A stretch of 35,940 bases of DNA from Octopus bimaculoides (taxonomy: Eukaryota): NCBI RefSeq assembly GCF_001194135.2, contig NC_069001.1, positions 27,605,726-27,641,665 of the forward strand, written 5' to 3'. The translations under genes were made by a program, and so were the position numbers. The first letter of the stretch is position 1. Every line of letters begins with the position of its first letter. The notes below the pieces were generated by a model. The model was not told the DNA's origin and made no database searches. It saw only the letters and a program-made list of their open reading frames with translations. Of this stretch, positions 22,600 to 33,173 are shown one piece after another.

Positions 22600-22985
22600 A
22601 TCCTTTCTCTTGTGGCACAATGCCTGAAATTTTCGAGGGGGAGTGGTTTTGTCTATAACCCCATGGCATAACCGATAATTGTTTTCTTGACTGTGAAAGA
22701 ATGAAAGGTAATGTTGTCCTCGGCAGAATTTGAGCACTGATCTTAAAAACAGATGAAATGCTGCTAAGCATTTTGACCGGCGTTCTAGTGGCTTAGCCAT
22801 CTTGCCGCATTTAATGGTTTTAAATTTTGGCAGAAGACCAGCAATATTAGGGGATGGGATAAGTCGATAACATCGACCCAGTGCTCAAGTGGTACTTCTT
22901 TTATCGACTTCGAAGGGAGGAAAGGCAAAGTCGAAATGCCGCTAAGCACTTCATCAGATGTGCTAATAATTTCGCCATCTCACAG
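22600..22985 (-). mobile_element. Two head-to-tail SINE family A copies
   Basis: GGCACAATGCCTGAAATTTT...GCTAAGCATTTTG...CTTGCCGC, then AAGTCGATAACATCGACCCAGTG...GAAAGGCAAAGTCG. Confidence 0.85.
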
Positions 22986-23964
22986 AGTAAGCAAAAATAA
23001 AATAAATCTTTCTTAAAGGGACGTTAGTTTCTTTCATGGTTTTGCTGCTTATATTCAAATTAATATTTGCTTTGCACTTCGTTGGAATGGATGCAACGGT
23101 TGGATTAATGCAAATTAAAATTTTGCTTTACATGACCTCAGAGCATAAAGCACTGAAAGAAGGAACGAATTTTGCATAACCTATTTACAACCGCCTTATT
23201 GATTCTACTAACTTAACACGTTTGTAGTGAAAGAATATATTAGAATAATAGTAGTCTGACATTTTTGGTGTATGATGTTATAATAATATATCAGCAACAG
23301 TTTCAAGTTTATGGCTAAGCCATATGGAATAATACGCTTGTTTGGGAACGAGAAATCATTCTCAAAATAGGCTAAAATAAAATACAGACCCCTTATTGGT
23401 ATTATGCCAATGTGTGGGTCAGAAAATATAAAGCTGGTCTTCATTGACAACAGCAAAGCCATTGACAGACGTCTTGTGGCTACCATGTTATAGCACTGTG
23501 GACGGTTTGTAATGTTGGGATTTGTTGATATGTGTCTCGGGGTCGGAAGGGATTGGTATAATGTTTTGAGTGCTACTGACTCTGAAAATGTTAATACCAA
23601 GTTGTGCTCATTCTTTGGCGAGAATTTTAGAGACAAGAAACTGATAATCCTGGTCAACGAGTCAATCATTTTAAGTGTAGTAGTGTGAGTCAACTGCGCG
23701 TGCTTTACATGGAATCGATAACTTGGAAAGCAAATGAAAGGTTTGCAGAAGGTCGCAGGCAAGAGGAGCGGGCTTCAGTATATCCAACTCTTCCTCCACA
23801 GCTTGTTGAATAACAAAGGCGACAGAAATGCTCTGCCCATCCTTGGCCGGAAATAACCAACCTCACTGTCAAGGACCGAAGCGTAATTAAGATAAGTGGT
23901 GGATTGGGGAAATATATTCAGCATTGGAAAATCTATTGCACTATGTGTTCTAGTTTATTAAAAT

Positions 23965-24545
23965 TGCAGTTCGATTTTGCCGAAGTCAAATCCGCCTCTC
24001 TGGGAGTTCATAGAATAAAAAAAAAATACAGCCAACAGCAGGGATCCTTTATACGCCGGGCGAAATGCTTAGCGGTATTTCGTTTGTATTTATGTTCAGA
24101 GTTCAAGTTACGCTAAAGTTTACTTTGATCTTCATCGTTTCGGGGTCGATAAATTAAGTACCATTTGAGCACTGTGGTCGATTTAATAGACTTGGCTCCT
24201 CCTCATAAACTGCTGGCCTTGTGCTAAAATTTGCAACCCGGATTAGTATGATTCCGCCTAGGTCGCCTTTGCCTTCCATCCTTTTGGGATCGACAAACGG
24301 AAAAGCAATCGCACACCAACTTACACCAACCCCAAGTTACTGTCCTTGTGCAAAAATGTGAAACCAAAATTATTATTAATGCGAGGCGGAGAACTGGTAG
24401 AACAGAGAGCACAGCATTCTTAGAGGCAATTCTTCACCGTTCATCTTTTCTCGGTCGATATCAGAAGTACCAGCTGAGCACTGGTGTTCATATAACCGAC
24501 TAGACTCCACCTCGAAAATTCCAGCCATCGTAATCATAGCAAAAA
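23965..24545 (+). mobile_element. Cluster of about four head-to-tail SINE family A copies or fragments
   Basis: CGCCGGGCGAAATGCTTAGCGGTATTTCG, CGGGGTCGATAAATTAAGTACC, GCCTTTGCCTTCCATCC, GGCGGAGAACTGGTAGAA. Confidence 0.8.
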
Positions 24546-24790
24546 TAATTAGTACTAATGCGAAACAGACAGCTGGAAGCATACTTAGTGCATCGGACAA
24601 AATGCTTTTACAATCTTCTGGCTTTACTTTCTGCTTGCCTGTTATTTCAAGGTCGATTTTGCCCATCATAATTTCACCGCCATAATACCAGTCAAGTATT
24701 GTAATTCATGTAATCAAATAGACCCTTAGCACCAAGTTTAGCAGAAATTATAACTGTAAATGCGCTAAGTTACAAACATTCATTATATTT

Positions 24791-25101
24791 GTGGCTGACC
24801 CCTAAGGGTGGATGTTACTGTTGCTTTTCACTTTTTCGATATCAGTGAATAACTTCACTGGAAAAAGACTTATATATTGCCAAGGGATTGTCATTCTCAT
24901 CAAAGGTCGGCGATTATCGTACGCTGAAGAAGGGAAATAACCCTGAAACTCGGATCCGTACGTATCGCAGATCAAGATGGGAAGGATAACTTCCCTTGGC
25001 AAAAATAGACAGGACACAGATATGTGTCGATAAGCCAGCTGGAGGAGATGTTCTCCTGGGGCTAAAAGCAACAGTAACATCCACCCTTAGGGGTCAGCCA
25101 C
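24791..25101. mobile_element. 311-bp MITE with perfect 38-bp TIRs and ATTT target-site duplication (Sola1-like by TSD)
   Basis: GTGGCTGACCCCTAAGGGTGGATGTTACTGTTGCTTTT (24791-24828) and its exact reverse complement (25064-25101). ATTT at 24787-24790 and 25102-25105. The superfamily assignment is inference. Confidence 0.9.
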
Positions 25102-26000
25102 ATTTAAATGGCAAATATACTTCACTTTATCGTGCAGTTACTGTTAACACCTCGTTCAGAGATTTAACATTATTCATTATATTTATTATACATTATTTAT
25201 TATAGATGAAATGTAGCACGTTGAACGATCGGGTGTATAGAAGACGGGATACAGTAAATTGCAGTCTCCATTTAGTTATTCTAGTTTGTATTTTACGTGA
25301 ATATCATTATGCAGACTTCCGTTTGGCTATATGTAACAGATACCAGTTAGATACTTGGGATTCAAATATATCGACATATTCATTCCACCAAAACAATACC
25401 TGGCTCTGTGCCAGACTTAGAATTCATTATTAACACACAGTGATTGTAGTATTCAAATTTGATTGAAATTTGGTCTTTTTTCATTCTTAGAGTGGACAAA
25501 AGGTGAAAAATATATCACCGTTTACTGTTCCTGCATTGTTGACATCTATGATTCACTGAATGATTTATAAAATTATAGTTTTCATACTTAATGAAAATCA
25601 AAATCTCATTTAAGCTTAGAAATAGATTTTATATAAGGACTATAAATAATAACAATGACATTTCTTCTATTGTTAGTTGTTAATTCAGACAATGGAAAGC
25701 TCTTAATTCATTATCGGTTCCTTTTATAAGTTTTAAAACTATTTTCTGTTTCTGCTTGTATTCTATTTTTTAATCGGCAAACTTTATAACTATCTTCTGA
25801 GTGGATACGAAAGATTTATGCGATTTATATAGTTTGCTTTGTACATATTATTATTAAATGAAATGCAGGAATGAGAAAGCTATTATAAACTAGCATTATT
25901 ATTATTCTTCGGTATTCGAGATAGCATATCAGAATGTTCAAATGTCTTTGGTTCTTGTATTTGTCCAATTTTCTTCGGGATTCAAAGTGGTCGTGCGGAC

Positions 26001-26081
26001 AAATGGCATACATACTGCCCTTATCGTACAGTGATGAAAGACAAATGACATACATACTGTCCTTATGTTCCAGTGAAAGAC
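26001..26081. repeat. Imperfect tandem duplication of about 40 bp
   Basis: AAATGGCATACATACTGCCCTTATCGTACAGTGATGAAAGAC / AAATGACATACATACTGTCCTTATGTTCCAGTGAAAGAC. Confidence 0.85.
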
Positions 26082-27042
26082 GAATGTATTCATATCCGAG
26101 TAAGATTGAATATCTAAATTACGAGTATATGCGAAATAATTTTCATGTAATATTATCAATTTGGATAGTTTTGTTACAAGCTTAGGCAAGTGAAAATCGC
26201 AACCTACTATCGTTTATTACAAAAGATCTAGTTATTAAGCCTTCAAATCATAAGAAGGGATAGTCTTAACATATGTCACGATCTTGGAAGAGTTTCAAAC
26301 TGCGTATATATCATGAAAGTATCAACTTTATTATTCCTCAATGTATAGTTAAGTAATGTATAAAATAAAATCTCTTATAATATAGTTGTAATTCTTGGTG
26401 ATGTTTAACCCCATTTCATTCGTAATGGAAGAGACTTATGAACAAAAACTTTATCTTTGACAATGCAGTCGTTTTGGACGTAATTAATTTTCAGATTTCA
26501 ATATCATACGAGTGCTTTCTATTAAAATAAGGTCAGACAGTGATATGATGGTTACTTTTGATAAACCGAGAAATGAAATGAGGGTTCTCCCATTTAGGCA
26601 ACTTGTATGTATTTCTCTTTATAAGTATTGCTTAATGGTAATCTTCAAAATCTTTATTACTCTGTGATACGTATGCAGAGAACAAACAAAGCAGCAAAGG
26701 TCTGTACAAAATTCTATCAAAATCCTAATGGATCTTGGATAACATTTGCTTTTCGCATAATATTCCGGATAACATTTACATCAGACTTGAAGCATCATTG
26801 TAGTAAATCTTTAATAGAAGGTTCTACACTTCTGTGCATTATATGTCACACTAACAGGAAGTATTCGCAATTTCTGCTGTCTTCAACTAAACAATCTTAG
26901 TTTGCATCCATGCGTATTTTCTCTAGAAATAATACAACTAAGATATAAGAGGTTGTTATTTATGAAATGTATGTGGATGAAAATATTTATGGGATTCACG
27001 GAAACTGAGTGAATATCATTCCAGGAAATATATTTATCCAAA

Positions 27043-27242
27043 AATTGGTTTCAAATTTTGGAACAAGGACAGCAATTTTAGGGAGTGGGTAAGTCGATTA
27101 CAAGAACCCAAGTACTCAAGTCGTATTTATTGTATCGAGCCGGAAAGGATCAAAGCAAAGTCGACGTCGGCAGAATCTGTACTAGGAACGTAAACACAAA
27201 TGAAATGAACCTTAGCATTTGGTTTGGCATGATAATTGTGCC
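27043..27242 (-). mobile_element. SINE family A
   Basis: GGGTAAGTCGATTAC...GAAAGGATCAAAGCAAAGTCGACGTCGGCAGAAT. Confidence 0.85.
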
Positions 27243-27291
27243 AACAAGCCGACTTAAACAGAGTCGATCTTGGATTGGGACGGAGATAGTT

Positions 27292-27309
27292 ACATATATA
27301 CACATATAT

Positions 27310-27356
<47 letters not shown>

Positions 27357-27554
27357 TATATGTGTGGGCTGATATACCCTCCAGCTTTCATGAAGGCTGG
27401 GGCGTATATTAGCGGAAACGTTGTGTTAACAACAAACAAGATGAGGACAAATAGCCGTCAAATGTAAATAATGTAAATAATGTACATAATTCCTCATCTC
27501 GTAAATATAGAGTATCTTACGTACATACACACACACATACATATGTATATATAT

Positions 27555-27590
<36 letters not shown>

Positions 27591-27633
27591 GTGTGTATAC
27601 ACGAACATATGCATACACACACACACACATATA
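27292..27633. repeat. Two (TA)/(CA)/(TG) microsatellite blocks (about 27292-27365 and 27520-27633)
   Basis: Direct reading. Confidence 0.9.
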
Positions 27634-27643
27634 NNNNNNNNNN
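27634..27643. other. Assembly gap (10 N)
   Basis: N run. Confidence 1.
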
Positions 27644-27885
27644 ACGAAATATGGAACTATATTTTCATGTTAAGAAACATGAAGAATTCAACGCCTTATA
27701 CCTAATGGCAGATTGAAAATTATTTTTATATTACTTCTCAGAAGACACCCACAGAGTTGAGTACCGGATCACCGATTTAACAATACCTAGACATATATGC
27801 AAAATAAGGAGTGAACGGTTATATTTATTGTGAAAGTAATACACACACTTACCAAAATCACGTGTTTTTGTATCGGAGAAACAAT

Positions 27886-28032
27886 CATAGTGCGACTGCG
27901 ATAGATAGCTTGCTCCTTACCACATGGTTCCGGGTTGAGTCCCATTGCCTGGAGACTTGTTTAAATTATTGCCTGTATTGCCTCGGGCCGACCAATATCT
28001 TACGAGTGGATCTGAGAGGCACAAACTGACAA

Positions 28033-28065
<33 letters not shown>
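27886..28065 (+). mobile_element. SINE family B 5' half plus (TG)n
   Basis: CCACATGGTTCCGGGTTGAGTCCCATTG...GCCTCGGGCCGACCAA...GAGTGGAT, reverse complement of 28330-28470. Confidence 0.8.
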
Positions 28066-28066
<1 letters not shown>

Positions 28067-28089
28067 ATCTATGTATGTATGTTTGTTAA

Positions 28090-28473
28090 TTTATTCTTTT
28101 GTTTGTTTCAACCATTTGACTGCGGCCGTCCTGGAGCAGCGCCTTTTGAGTCGAACAAATCGACCCCGGGATTTATTCTTTGTAACCCTATTACCTACTC
28201 AATTGGTTACTTTTGCCGAACCGCTATGTTACGGGGACGTAAACACACGAACATCGGTTGTCAAGTCATGATGGGGGACTAACACTGACACACAAATGAA
28301 CACACACACACATATACAATCTGTTACTTTCAGTTTCCGTCTACTAAATCAACTCACAAACTTTGGTCGGACTGAGGCTTTAGTAGAAGACACTTGTCCA
28401 AGGTGCCGCACAGTGGGACTGAACCCGAAACCGTGTGGCTGGTAAGCAAGCTACTTACCACACAGCCACTCCT
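28090..28473 (-). mobile_element. Full-length SINE family B with internal (CA)n
   Basis: The reverse complement gives an A box (GTGGCTGTGTGGTAAG), a B box (GGGTTCAGTCCC), a CORE-like CACCTTGGACAAGTGTCTT block, an internal microsatellite and a 3' tail. Confidence 0.92.
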
Positions 28474-28479
28474 GTATAT

Positions 28480-29279
28480 ATATGGGCAGATTTGTATGTT
28501 TTATGCATGTATTCTCATGCATATAGTTGCTTATCTAGACATACTCAAATATAATTAAGTGATTGGAATTTAGGCAGTGTGTTACATATCCCAGGGCCCC
28601 AATAATTACAGGTATAAACCTGAACTTATCATCTGGATAGAGTAACTGCAGATTTATCAATTCACCATAGGCATTCTCCTTTTCACTAATCTTCAGTTTT
28701 ATGTTAACATCGCTGGGCAGCTAATTTCCACAACTGTACACAATTTCTACTCTCTATCCCAAATCATTATATCAGGTCTCTTGTTCATACATTTTATTGA
28801 GGTCTTCACTGGAACATTTTACCAGTATTCCTTTTTATTGTGGGTGGCTATGGCTTCTACCATATTGGGCGTTCTTAACTTTTTGCGAAACCACGTTGTG
28901 GTCTTATATCATTCACGTTTTTGTTTTGTTTATAGATTTGGGAAGAAGGTTAATTTTCGATTTTTAAATAAAGTTGCAATTACTAACAATCTTCCTATGT
29001 TCTACAAATGTTGCTCCTTGGGGTTGATGCTTCGCCGTAAAATGATTCAATTCTGGATGTAGATCGTCCCAATATGATTTCAGTCGATTCATATAGCCAA
29101 CAGCCGGGTTTTGTTTCGCTTTTTTGTAGCAGTTAAATAGATCATTACTCAATTCATAACTACAGCTAAAAAGAATTTGTTTATTTGTTGAGCTGTTATC
29201 TTCGTTCTGTTCCTCGCTCGTATTGTTGATGTTGTGTCCAGCCATGTTGTTTGTAGTAACTATCTACATGCCAAATTCA
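28480..29279 (-). mobile_element. R4/Dong-clade element F3: N-terminus fused to the RLE domain, RT region absent
   Basis: ORF start MAGHNIN...GYMNRLKSYWDDLHPELNHFT (29245 downward), then by about 28900 HNVV...RTPNMVEAIATHNKKEYW*NVPVKTSIKCMNKRPDIMIWDRE*KLCTVVEISCP.DVNIKLKISEKE...FIPVIIGALG (PD-(D/E)xK RLE). Confidence 0.85.
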
Positions 29280-29292
29280 TATGTATGTATGT

Positions 29293-29781
29293 TATCAATC
29301 AGTTTAATTTCTGTATTTCTTGTCCACAGAGAAAGAGCCGGACTCTAACATAGATTCAAGGCTCCTTCATTGGAACTTTTATCAACATCATCTAGGTATT
29401 TGTGCATATGTGTGTGTGTGCAGTATTTGGTGTTAGTGTATGCGCCCATTTGTATGTTTGTTTTATGGATGCGTTTTAGATGCATGCATATGTATTTATG
29501 TGCTAAATTTTTGGAAAGTTTTACATATCTTTACAGTTCCATTGATGGCTTGAATCTATAGTCTTCTAATTAGCCTTTTTCTCTCAGGTTTTGTGAACCC
29601 TAATTTTTCCAGGTTTTTGTTGAGGCAGTTCGTTACCTATCCCAATGCCCCAACAATCACGGGTATGAATGTGAATTTGTAGTCTGGGTGGAGTATCTGT
29701 AAATTTCTCAGTAGCTCGGCGTAGTTGTTCTCTTTTTCTCTAATCTTTAGTGGGATGTTGACATCCGCAGGACAGCTGATT
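29293..29781 (-). mobile_element. R4/Dong-clade fragment F4: 5'-truncated, end of RLE plus 3' UTR
   Basis: ISCPADVNIPLKIREKENNYAELLRNLQILHPDYKFTFIPVIVGALG*VTNCLNKNLEKLGF...GTVKICKTF. Its 3' UTR start resembles 28490-28545. Confidence 0.9.
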
Positions 29782-29848
29782 TATGTATGTATGTATGTAT
29801 GTATGTATGTATGTATATATATACGTACGTATGTATGTATGTATGCAT
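29782..29848. repeat. (TATG)n microsatellite
   Basis: Direct reading. It abuts the truncated 5' end of F4. Confidence 0.97.
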
Positions 29849-30371
29849 GTGGTTTACGTTCTGAGATCAAATCCCACAGATAAATTTGGTTTTCATTACT
29901 TTACAATACAGAATACGTTAAATGCAAACGGGATTGATTTCAGTAAATACATTTAGTCGTTAACTAATGACTGCTGCATGTTAATGAACATAAATTATGT
30001 GGCAATAAATATTGACCAGATAAGAGATAGTATTTGAAAGTAAGCAGATACATCTAACAAATTCTTACCCCTCGTTATAATGTCAAAATTTAATCGTTAA
30101 TACATATCGTCAGCATATATAATGAATAAAGTATCAGATGTCAATGCTTTGTAGCCAAAGGAACGATAGCTAAGGGAGATAAATGTGATGAGTAGAAAAA
30201 GATTTAAGGAATTATATAAGCTTGTTATATGTTTGTGATTGTCTGACTGTAGAGAAATATATGACAACATAGATACATAGATACACATAGATGTATCTAT
30301 GTATGTATGTATGTATGGATGGGTGGATGGATAGATACATGAATACTTGAATTTTGAGAAATATATGTGTG

Positions 30372-30730
30372 TGTAATGTACTGCTGTGTGAATTTCGATA
30401 AGATAGCATGCATTTTATGCGCGCTAGTAATAGTGATGCAGTCTATGTTTTCCTAAGAAGTACTAAATTTTCCCTATCTAAATCTAACTTCCCGCCCATC
30501 TTCAATATGCATTTGTGATACAAGTTGAACTTACGACTGCGTATTATGTATCATTCAGTCTGTGATGCGTGTATACGTGTGTAGGATGGTTAATTGTGAT
30601 TGGTTCTTTTCATATCTATAAAACCTGCTGCAAATTGTTTTTAACAATAAATGTTTTTTTAAGCCAGTCATATCTACAGTGTGCGTTCAGTGTCTTGTTT
30701 TCATTAGGCTATGGCCAGAATTACATATTA
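30372..30730 (+). mobile_element. Probable 5' LTR of a Gypsy-type retrotransposon
   Basis: Starts TGTAATG and ends near TTACA/TATTAC just upstream of a PBS. Contains TATAAAA (about 30617) and AATAAA (about 30646). No second LTR is visible, so boundaries are inferred. Confidence 0.5.
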
Positions 30731-30745
30731 CTGGTACTTAGTACC

Positions 30746-30763
30746 TGGTGACGAGGATGAGAT
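30746..30763 (+). promoter_or_regulatory. Primer-binding site, tRNA-Ser(GCU) type
   Basis: TGGTGACGAGGATGAGAT matches 16/18 to TGGCGACGAGGATGGGAT, the complement of the metazoan tRNA-Ser(GCU) 3' end as I recall it. It lies just upstream of a gag remnant. Confidence 0.75.
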
Positions 30764-30789
30764 GTGTGCTATGTTGCATTTACACACAC

Positions 30790-31310
30790 AACTATGGAGT
30801 ACTACTTCAGACAAACCACCCCCCACTATATGGAATCACTGGAAACGTTCGTTTTTTAACTATTTAGAACTAATTTCGATACTACAACCAACCATTCAAT
30901 AATCAGAATGTCACAAAATGAAGTTAATACTCCAATTTCTTGGGGAAGAAGGACAAAGACACTTCGACGCCTTGAGAATTACAGAATCTGCCACATTAAC
31001 TAAAGTGTTTAGTTTACTGAATGAACTTTCGGGATCTGCTAAAATGTGTACACAGCCCGTTACTGTTTTACGAAATCAAATCAGAAACCTGAAGAAGATT
31101 GCAATGAGTTCATTGCCAGAATACAACAAGGCTTACGTTAGTGCGAATACAGTCTGATTCCTCCAAAAATGTTTGAAAACGAAATGGCTTTGCAAGTCTG
31201 CTTTCCTGTATTCGTGTTGAGATTTACCGTTCTAAATTCCTTTCGAAAGAAGAATTAAAGCTTACTTGGAAAAGAACCTGTGCTATAGTTCGTCAAAGCG
31301 AAAACATTTT
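30790..31310 (+). pseudogene. Decayed Gypsy (Mag-like) gag N-terminal region
   Basis: PPPTIWNHWKRSFFNYL...KLILQFLGEEGQRHFDAL, then after a frameshift NVYTARYCFTKSNQKPEEDCNEFIARIQQGLR*CEY...RSKFLSKEELKLTWKRTCAIVRQSE, which follows the Gypsy Gag pattern. Confidence 0.8.
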
Positions 31311-31402
31311 TCAAGACTTCTATATAAGTATTCTCTGGATTCTTATTTAGAAATATAAGAATTCGCTGGAACGTACACGCTGCTCCTGTTTTTCCGGTAG
31401 AG

Positions 31403-31590
31403 ATCAGTTTCAATTTTGGCATAATACTAGCAATTTCGGGTGAGTGGGTAAGTCGATCACATCAACCCCAATGGTCATCTGTACATATTTCATCGACCGC
31501 GCACAGATGAAAATCAAATTGGACTTCGGCGGAATTTGAATGCCGCTAAACATTTCGCCGGCATGCTATCGCTTCTTCCAGCTCGCCGAC
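31403..31590 (-). mobile_element. SINE family A with internal deletion
   Basis: GGGTAAGTCGATCACATCAACCCC...CTTCGGCGGAATTTGAA joined to TGCCGCTAAACATTTCGCC...CCAGCTCGCCG. Confidence 0.85.
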
Positions 31591-31916
31591 ATATTTCTTC
31601 CCATAGATTCAGACGTGTAAGGGGACAATTGACATGTCACTTTCGCCACTGTGATGAATCTGGGAAGTAAATATGGAACCATCATTTCTTCTACGGGCAG
31701 CAACTAGGAATAAGCAACAAAGCCATATTCCTAATTTCCCACAGTAGTACGAAGGTCACGATCAAGGAATACGTGATTTCAACCTTATCATAGCAACTGA
31801 AATTATGGAGCAATTGACTCCTCGATGTCCAGTATTAAAAACATAACAACAAAGACATAAGAACATGAGATTCAAAACGACAACCACTGAACAAAAATAG
31901 AAATATACTCATGTAT

Positions 31917-31917
<1 letters not shown>

Positions 31918-32007
<90 letters not shown>

Positions 32008-32030
32008 TATACACACATACACACATATAC
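31918..32030. repeat. (CA)n microsatellite
   Basis: About 38 perfect units plus a degenerate tail. Confidence 0.97.
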
Positions 32031-32229
32031 AGACGCTTGCAATCAAGCATTCAAGCACTCGGACATTCGAATGCACAATATATAGTTAATTATGTATTAG
32101 TTTATCAATAGAGGTAATTAATGCGATTGGAAAAAAAAAACTGAAAGAAGAATTAAAGAGTCCGACAGAGTAGCGTCCAATGATATGTGCTAGAGGCAGT
32201 GATTGCTTAACTAATGAGATAAACCGAAT

Positions 32230-32575
32230 TGATATACATGCACGCATCGACACACACACACACCCACAGAGACATTAACTCACACCGACACACACACTCA
32301 CCGACAATCACACACACGATCACCGACACACACACACACGCATATATATATACATACAATACATTTAAATATATATATATAGTATTTAGGATATATATAT
32401 ATACACGCACATAATGTGCGTGTGTAAAAGTGTATATAAACAGATATGTATATATACATATATATGTATATACATATGTTTGTGTATGTGTGAGGATATA
32501 CATGTATATATATATATACATATATGTATATGTATATGTATATATATGTGTGTGTTTGTATGAGTGCCTGTGTGC
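32230..32575. repeat. Degenerate (CA)/(TA)/(TG) low-complexity block
   Basis: Direct reading. Confidence 0.9.
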
Positions 32576-32894
32576 AGGATCTATAAGGACTATGAAAGAG
32601 AAGTGAGGAATAAGAGAGGTCGAGTAAAAGATTCAAGTTTCATAATTGAATAATATTTGCTATTTATGCGGTTAATGTTGACAATTTTACTTGCAATTTA
32701 TCCTCTCTCAGTTAGGCCGATGAATCTTCCATAGAATGAATGGCCAGACAATCTGACTCTTTCTTTATACTTTAAACTCAACAAGGGAGAAATATTTGAC
32801 AGTATTTAGGAGATATTTCGATAAATCAACATTAATTTTATCCACTGAGAAATTACTGCATCCCGATTGTTAGTATGGTAATAAAGTGTATGGA

Positions 32895-33134
32895 ACACAC
32901 ACACACACACACAGACCCGCACGCACGCACGCACGCACGCACAGACACACACACACACACACCCACACGCACATGCGTACGCGCGGAGGCACTAAGGTGC
33001 ATACAGGAAAACGTATTCACGCACAGCCACATGCATGTACTCGTGTGTGTGTAATATACAGCACACGCTCTATTATTTGTTTGTGTGGGTATATGTATGT
33101 ATCCTTGTGCCTCTGTGTGTGTGCGCATGTGCGT

Positions 33135-33173
<39 letters not shown>

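Noticed and set aside
16800-23880. Long frames broken by single TGA codons (17039-17041, about 20397-20435, 23775-23777) as selenoprotein or readthrough genes
   Set aside because: No SECIS-like hairpin was seen, the 20.4-20.5 kb frame also contains TAA and TAG stops, and no selenoprotein family motif is recognisable.
25915-26110. Cys-rich frame ECSNVFGSCICPIFFG...HTYCPY resembling an EGF-like repeat
   Set aside because: The Cys spacing and the conserved Gly are incomplete, there is an in-frame TGA, and the repeated HTYCPY comes from the 40-bp tandem duplication.
15032-27490. Very short tandem duplications (GAGAGGGAGGTGT x2 near 15032-15060, AATGTAAAT x3 near 27461-27490; also AAGCGAGTTATCTTT x2 at 4794-4830)
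   Set aside because: Ordinary slippage products with no further structure.
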